DNA from: an uncultured virus (IMG/VR IMGVR_UViG_2690315617_000001)
Taxonomy: Duplodnaviria > Heunggongvirae > Uroviricota > Caudoviricetes
Virus record (IMG/VR): IMGVR_UViG_2690315617_000001
DNA: 20,000 bases
Direction: 5' to 3' (one strand)
Made by a program: the position numbers and the translations under genes. The notes beneath the pieces were generated by a model. The model was not told the DNA's origin. It saw only the letters and a program-made list of their open reading frames with translations, and ran no database searches. Shown one piece after another: positions 15,432 through 20,000 of this stretch; within the stretch, counting starts at the first letter, position 1, and each line of letters opens with the position of its first letter.

Positions 15432-16184
15432 ATGAAGATCGACGAAAACGTCATGGCCGTGCTGAGCGTGGCCCAAGTTCTTGGCAATGATGTTGTGCTC
15501 ACCGGTCAGCTTGATCGCAAGCTGTACGAGAAGACCAACAAAGTGCTGGAGGCCGCTGGCGGCAAGTGGAACCGCAAGGCAAAGGCCCATGTGTTTGACA
15601 CCGACGCTGCCACGCGTATCGACCAGATGTTGCTGTCCGGCGAGGTTGACGTGCCGAAGGACGAATTCAACTTCTTTCCGACGCCGCCGGCCGTCGTGAA
15701 GAAGCTGATTGCACTGGCCGGCATCTGTCCCGGCATGACCGTCCTTGAGCCCAGTGCGGGCACTGGCGCTATCGCTTGGCCCTGCGCAGCCGCCGGGGCA
15801 AAGGTGGATTGCTACGAAATCCAGCAGGGGAACGCTTTCACGCTGGCGATGAGTGCTCCGCATGAACTTGGCCGCACATCAGTGGCTGATTTCTTGGGGG
15901 TCGATCCTGAGCCGATCTATGACCGCGTGGTGATGAACCCACCGTTCCTAAAGCAGTCGGACATCAAGCACGTCACGCACGCGCTCAAGTTTCTCAAGCC
16001 AGGTGGTCTGCTGGTGGCTGTGATGTCGGCGGGCGTCGTATTCCGCAACGATGCGCGCACGGCTGAGTTTCGCGCGCTCGTAGACACGCGCGGCGGCCAC
16101 ATCGAAGCGTTGCCCGAGAACTCCTTCAAGGAATCTGGGACCGGTGTGAATACCGTGGTTGCTGTGATCCCGGAGGCATCATGA
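15432..16184 (+). CDS. SAM-dependent amino-methyltransferase, probably an N6-adenine DNA methyltransferase (250 aa)
   Basis: FFPTP, VLEPSAGTG (SAM binding) and VMNPPF (catalytic) in gamma-class order; LKPGGLLVAVM. Confidence 0.85.
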   Translation: MKIDENVMAVLSVAQVLGNDVVLTGQLDRKLYEKTNKVLEAAGGKWNRKAKAHVFDTDAATRIDQMLLSGEVDVPKDEFNFFPTPPAVVKKLIALAGICPGMTVLEPSAGTGAIAWPCAAAGAKVDCYEIQQGNAFTLAMSAPHELGRTSVADFLGVDPEPIYDRVVMNPPFLKQSDIKHVTHALKFLKPGGLLVAVMSAGVVFRNDARTAEFRALVDTRGGHIEALPENSFKESGTGVNTVVAVIPEAS

Positions 16185-16193
16185 CCACCAACG
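16178..16193 (+). repeat. 16-bp direct repeat, copy 2 (ATCATGACCACCAACG)
   Basis: Identical to 15389-15404; contains the start codon of the 16181 gene. Confidence 0.85.
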
Positions 16194-17362
16194 ACAAGAC
16201 TGTAGGGGATGAGCGCGACGCGCTGATGCGGCTCATGGAACTTGCCGATGACTACGCATTGGCATTCCGCGCTATGGAGTGCGTGACCGACAACAGCGAC
16301 AGTGACGAAGAACGCTCAGCACTTGAAGAAGCTCTGCGCGCCTCCCTCACCACCCCCAGCAAAGAGCCGGCCGGGGCGGTGGCAGCCGAGCGCGAGGCGT
16401 TTGAGGCCTGGTTCTGCGAGGAAGGAGACTATGAGCCGGAATGGCTGTTCGGCCGCGAAACATCGGCCGGCTGGTCGTACAGCAACGCGGACACCGAGAA
16501 CATGTGGCAGGCCTACGCCAAGGGGCGCATGGATGAGCGCGCAGCCCTGGCCACACCTGGGGCCGCTATCGATGCGCGCGAGCAGGAGGACGCATACAGC
16601 GATCCAACCTGCCAACGGGCGCAGGCGCTCAACCGCGCATGGGATGCTGGCTTCGAAGCGGGGCAAAAGGTCTCCCCTGCGGTCGATGCGGGGGAGAAGG
16701 AGGCGCTGGTGCAGATCTCAGGCCTTCTGTCCTCGATGTTCGTGAGTGCTCGCGCGCATGTCCGGGGCGAAGACGAAGAGGTTGTCGGATACACGGTGCG
16801 CACTGGCGCACTGCACAAAATCGTCGGGCTGCTGGCCTCGTACAAGCCGGTAATCATCCCGTCGAACCTGCCCACGGCGCACGAGACGATCACCGGCATC
16901 CTCACGGGCACATCAGACTCGCGCGAGGAAGCACCAACAGCGAGCGCGCATGAGCCGTGGCAGCACGTCGCAAACGAATGGGCGGACATGGCGACCAACG
17001 CCATGCAGGGCGTTCGCAACATCATCGACGGCATCACGAAACCCGAAGATGTCATCGCGAACCTGAATTTCTGCTATTCGCACTGCGCTGAGGTGCAGTC
17101 TCGCGCAAAGCTCCCCGCAACGGTGGCGCAGCCGGTGGCAGATGAAGTGAAGCGCCTCCGCGAGGCCCTGCAGTTCTACGCGGACGGCAACCACTTCACC
17201 CAGCACCAGCCCGACGCCTGGGATACGGTGAGCGGCGAGCCGTCTAACTTCTACGAGGACGAATCCAATACCGCAACCGTCGAAGATGGCTCAGTGGCAA
17301 AGATGGCCCTCGCCGCCCAGCCCTGCCCCTCTCAGGGATGCGCCAAGGAGGGGGATAAATGA
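16181..17362 (+). CDS. Mosaic hypothetical phage early protein (393 aa)
   Basis: GGAGG RBS and ATGA coupling; modules such as EREAFEAWF, W.AY..G...RAALA and LREALQFYADG joined by Ala/Pro linkers. Confidence 0.75.
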   Translation: MTTNDKTVGDERDALMRLMELADDYALAFRAMECVTDNSDSDEERSALEEALRASLTTPSKEPAGAVAAEREAFEAWFCEEGDYEPEWLFGRETSAGWSYSNADTENMWQAYAKGRMDERAALATPGAAIDAREQEDAYSDPTCQRAQALNRAWDAGFEAGQKVSPAVDAGEKEALVQISGLLSSMFVSARAHVRGEDEEVVGYTVRTGALHKIVGLLASYKPVIIPSNLPTAHETITGILTGTSDSREEAPTASAHEPWQHVANEWADMATNAMQGVRNIIDGITKPEDVIANLNFCYSHCAEVQSRAKLPATVAQPVADEVKRLREALQFYADGNHFTQHQPDAWDTVSGEPSNFYEDESNTATVEDGSVAKMALAAQPCPSQGCAKEGDK

Positions 17363-17799
17363 AGCTCACCAAGGCACAACGCGCCACATTGCGCGAGATG
17401 TTCGACGGCCAGTGCGCCTACTGCGGCTGTGACCTCAGTGTTCGATGGCACGCGGATCACGTTGAGCCAGTAACCAGAGAGTTGCTTTCCAAGCAAACAG
17501 AACGAGGGACATGGAAGCTTATTTCTGGGAAGCCACTGCACCCGGAGAGAGATTGCATTGAGAACCTAATGCCGGCCTGCGCACCTTGCAACATCGACAA
17601 ACACGCGATGACACTAGAAGAATGGCGCACGAAGCTCTCGCGCACTCTGATCGTATTAGATCGTGACTACCCTACCTATCGCCATGCGGTGCGCTTCGGC
17701 CTCGTGCAGGAAACAGGTGCCGAGGTCACGTTCCACTTTGAACGCCGCGCCGCTCTCAAGGGCGCTACTCCTGGCGGGGAGGGAGCGAGCAATGGCTGA
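17359..17799 (+). CDS. HNH endonuclease-family protein (146 aa)
   Basis: CAYCG, WHADHVEP and NLMPACAPCNIDK. Confidence 0.88.
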   Translation: MKLTKAQRATLREMFDGQCAYCGCDLSVRWHADHVEPVTRELLSKQTERGTWKLISGKPLHPERDCIENLMPACAPCNIDKHAMTLEEWRTKLSRTLIVLDRDYPTYRHAVRFGLVQETGAEVTFHFERRAALKGATPGGEGASNG

Positions 17800-18244
17800 G
17801 ATCACCTCTTCAATCAAAGAAGCATTCATGCACGCAGCGCCAGAGCACCACAGCCTGTACGAGTTCTCGGGAAACATCGCCGATGTGAACACGATGCTCG
17901 TCGGTCGCGATGAACTGCGCGCCCTCCAAGCAGCCATAAAGGACAGGGATGCGGAGATTGAGAGGCTGAAGAAGGATGCACAGCAAGCATCCGCGCCGAA
18001 AGCGCTGGTGATCTGCGGAGAAAACCCGACACCAATCGATGCTGATCTTGTTGGCTGCGGCACGTCAATTGACCGGCTGCAGGATGTATACCGCTGCACC
18101 GACTGTGGCGTCCCCTTTCATCGCGCATGCGCGATACGACATTTTGTAAGCGACACACCAGAGCATTCTGCAGAAGTCTTTAAAGAACAACTGCGACGGG
18201 TGGACGCCATCGACGCCATGGGAAAGGACGGAGCACATGACTGA
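17792..18244 (+). CDS. Hypothetical protein with a coiled coil and a C-terminal Cys/His zinc-finger-like motif (150 aa)
   Basis: GGAG RBS; ICGE...GCG...YRCTDCGVPFHRACAIRHF. Confidence 0.7.
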   Translation: MAEITSSIKEAFMHAAPEHHSLYEFSGNIADVNTMLVGRDELRALQAAIKDRDAEIERLKKDAQQASAPKALVICGENPTPIDADLVGCGTSIDRLQDVYRCTDCGVPFHRACAIRHFVSDTPEHSAEVFKEQLRRVDAIDAMGKDGAHD

Positions 18245-18494
18245 CAAAAAAAAGATGATCTCCCAGGCCGACGCCGAGCTGCTCGCGCGCAAGGTGCTGC
18301 AGCAGTTCGTGAACGACTGCCACTGCCAAAGCGAGCAGGACATCGCCAACGTTCTCATGAAGGCATGCAGCGTGGCCGGCGTGATGATGGTCGCAACGGT
18401 GGGACAGAACGAGGCGTTCGACCGACTCTATGGCACGGCCGCCTTCATTGCACAGCAGAACTTCGGCACCTTCAAGAAGGAGAAGCTTCAATGA
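18237..18494 (+). CDS. Small hypothetical phage protein (85 aa)
   Basis: 8-nt overlap with the previous gene; RBS; codon bias. Confidence 0.72.
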   Translation: MTDKKKMISQADAELLARKVLQQFVNDCHCQSEQDIANVLMKACSVAGVMMVATVGQNEAFDRLYGTAAFIAQQNFGTFKKEKLQ

Positions 18495-18715
18495 CTACCA
18501 CCGAAGCCTTCGATACAGGCCTGCGCGCAGAGTTTGAGGCATGGAAGCGCACTAAAAACGATGGCTATGACGCATGGGATGCTGTCCTCTGGGCCACTGA
18601 GCGCGCAGCAAAGATCGCGGACGAGAAAGCAGAGCACATCAATTCCCGCTGGATCGCGCTCGACATTGCTGCTGCCATCAGAGCGAGCGGCGGGAAGGGG
18701 GCGAGCGATGTCTGA
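18491..18715 (+). CDS. Small hypothetical phage protein (74 aa)
   Basis: AAGGAG RBS, ATGA coupling; ERAAKIAD...IAAAIRA motif. Confidence 0.7.
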   Translation: MTTTEAFDTGLRAEFEAWKRTKNDGYDAWDAVLWATERAAKIADEKAEHINSRWIALDIAAAIRASGGKGASDV

Positions 18716-19064
18716 CAAGATCGTTGCGTTCCCAGGTGCTGAGCCGTTGCCCGAGAACCCCATCACAGTCGAGCGCGAGGGGTACAGGTACTGCGCGCAC
18801 GACCGGATCACCCTTGATGAGCATGTGCGCACCGTGCGCTGCACCGACTGCGGGAAGGTGTTCGAGCCCTTCGATTACCTGCTCAGCAACGCCCTGTCGA
18901 TTCAACGCGCGTGGTTGTCTCACAAAGAGGTCATGCGCAAGGCCAGTGAGAAGGCCGAGACAGTCGAGGCGCTCACCAAGGAAGAGAAACGCCTGAAGGC
19001 TCGCGTGAAGCTCCTGAAGGAGAAGGCCGAGCCGAGCATCGACATCAAGGGGAAATGGCTATGA
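18708..19064 (+). CDS. Zinc-ribbon plus coiled-coil phage protein (118 aa)
   Basis: CAH...VRCTDCGKVFEPFDYL followed by a heptad-rich basic helix. Confidence 0.72.
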   Translation: MSDKIVAFPGAEPLPENPITVEREGYRYCAHDRITLDEHVRTVRCTDCGKVFEPFDYLLSNALSIQRAWLSHKEVMRKASEKAETVEALTKEEKRLKARVKLLKEKAEPSIDIKGKWL

Positions 19065-19129
19065 GCGCCGAACACATCGTCCGCGCTGCTGCCGAGACAT
19101 CCAGAGATAGGGGGAGCGACCACAAATGA
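19061..19129 (+). other. 22-codon mini-ORF linking two genes (probable gene remnant)
   Basis: ATGA overlaps at both 19061-19064 and 19126-19129. Confidence 0.4.
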
Positions 19130-19779
19130 ACATCACCGCCTTCCCCCTCGCTTGGCCGCCCGGCTGGAAGCGCACTGCCGCCGACCAGCGAACCTTCGGC
19201 AAGTTCGGCTCCACGAAGCAGTCGGCCGTCGGCAGCTGGCGCAGCAAGCAAGACATCACCGTCGCCGGTGCCACCCAGCGGCTGCGCGCCGAACTCGACC
19301 GCATGGCGGTGCGCGGCGACGACCTGGTGCTCAGCACGAACCTGAAACTGCGGCTCGACGGCTTGCCGCGCAGCGATCAGGCCCAGCCGGCCGACCCAGG
19401 CGCAGTGGTCTACTGGAACGACCCGTGGAGCGCCGCGCCCCGCTGCATGGCCATCGACCGCTACACGAAGGTCGAGATGAACATCGCAGCGCTGGCGGCC
19501 ACCATCGAGGCCATGCGCGCGATCGAGCGGCACGGCGGCGCCATCGTGCTCGAGCGGGCCTTCACCGGCTTCACCGCCCTGCCTGCGCCCATCGTGGCCG
19601 GCATGAAGCGCCACTGGCGCGACGTGCTGCAGTTCGGCAACGGTGCGCCAACCCGCGAGTCGATCACGTCGCGATACCGGATCCTGGCCAGCACTGCGCA
19701 CCCAGACAAGGGCGGCAGCACCGCGGACATGGCCGAGCTCAATCAGGCGCGCGACGACGCGCTGAAGGAGGTTTCATGA
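19126..19779 (+). CDS. Phage J-domain (DnaJ-like, HPD) protein (217 aa)
   Basis: C-terminal WRDVL...YRILASTAHPDKGGS...MAELNQARD J-domain; N-terminal FPLAWPPGWKRT and DPGAVVYW domain. Confidence 0.85.
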   Translation: MNITAFPLAWPPGWKRTAADQRTFGKFGSTKQSAVGSWRSKQDITVAGATQRLRAELDRMAVRGDDLVLSTNLKLRLDGLPRSDQAQPADPGAVVYWNDPWSAAPRCMAIDRYTKVEMNIAALAATIEAMRAIERHGGAIVLERAFTGFTALPAPIVAGMKRHWRDVLQFGNGAPTRESITSRYRILASTAHPDKGGSTADMAELNQARDDALKEVS

Positions 19780-20000
19780 AGTGCCCCGCCTGCACCAGCA
19801 CCGAACAGCGCGTGATGTCCACCCGCACCGGCGATTCCAAGATCACGCGCCTGCGCTGCTGCGACGCCTGCGGGCACCGCTGGAACACCGTGGAGATCGA
19901 CGCGCAGAATCTCAACCGCATGGAGTCGGCCGTGGCCGCCGTGCGAACCTTCACCAGCCTGTCCAAGGAACTCGAGGATGCCGCGGCCGCGCACAGTTAA
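19776..20000 (+). CDS. NrdR-N-like zinc-ribbon protein (74 aa)
   Basis: MKCPAC...RVMSTR...TRLRCCDACGHRWNTVE; AAGGAGG RBS; ATGA coupling; no ATP-cone. Confidence 0.78.
   Translation: MKCPACTSTEQRVMSTRTGDSKITRLRCCDACGHRWNTVEIDAQNLNRMESAVAAVRTFTSLSKELEDAAAAHS

Larger units (their letters stand above)
1..20000 (+). mobile_element. Prophage/temperate phage early region (recombination and accessory gene operon); boundaries lie outside the window
   Basis: Bet/Exo-type recombination pair followed by dense, co-oriented small ORFs with ATGA/TGATG overlaps, plus KTSC, DUF551-like, HNH, orphan methyltransferases and a phage J-domain protein. No housekeeping or virion structural genes were recognised. 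Confidence 0.9.

Noticed and set aside
15432..17799. NPPF methyltransferase plus HNH as a restriction-modification pair
   Set aside because: They are not adjacent, the MTase has its own repeat-bounded cassette, and small stand-alone HNH genes are common in phage early regions.

Overview
GC-rich, almost gap-free + strand operon that reads as the early (recombination/accessory) region of a temperate proteobacterial (pro)phage. It holds a Bet-type single-strand annealing protein plus YqaJ/lambda-Exo nuclease, a KTSC protein, about 25 small, mostly translationally coupled accessory genes, an HNH nuclease, a J-domain protein and an NrdR-like Zn ribbon. The standout is a complete two-target diversity-generating retroelement (DGR) at 4315-7235: two small DUF1566/C-type-lectin-like genes with C-terminal variable repeats, an Avd-like gene, a template repeat and a DGR-class reverse transcriptase. 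All 25 TR-vs-VR mismatches fall on TR adenines. It sits among early genes and targets apparently cytoplasmic proteins, not a tail fibre. Also present: a frameshifted C5-cytosine methyltransferase with seven tandem TRD-like repeats; a DndC-like PAPS-reductase-family gene; an NPPF amino-methyltransferase flanked by a 16-bp direct repeat; an unexplained overlapping pair whose first product ends in a ubiquitin/MoaD-like VVVAPVAGG tail; an inverted three-gene cassette exactly bridged by a coupled sense-strand ORF; small proteins with SSB-tail-like and clamp-motif-like ends; and a candidate structured RNA upstream of the DGR. Family assignments come from motif recognition by eye; no database searches were run.
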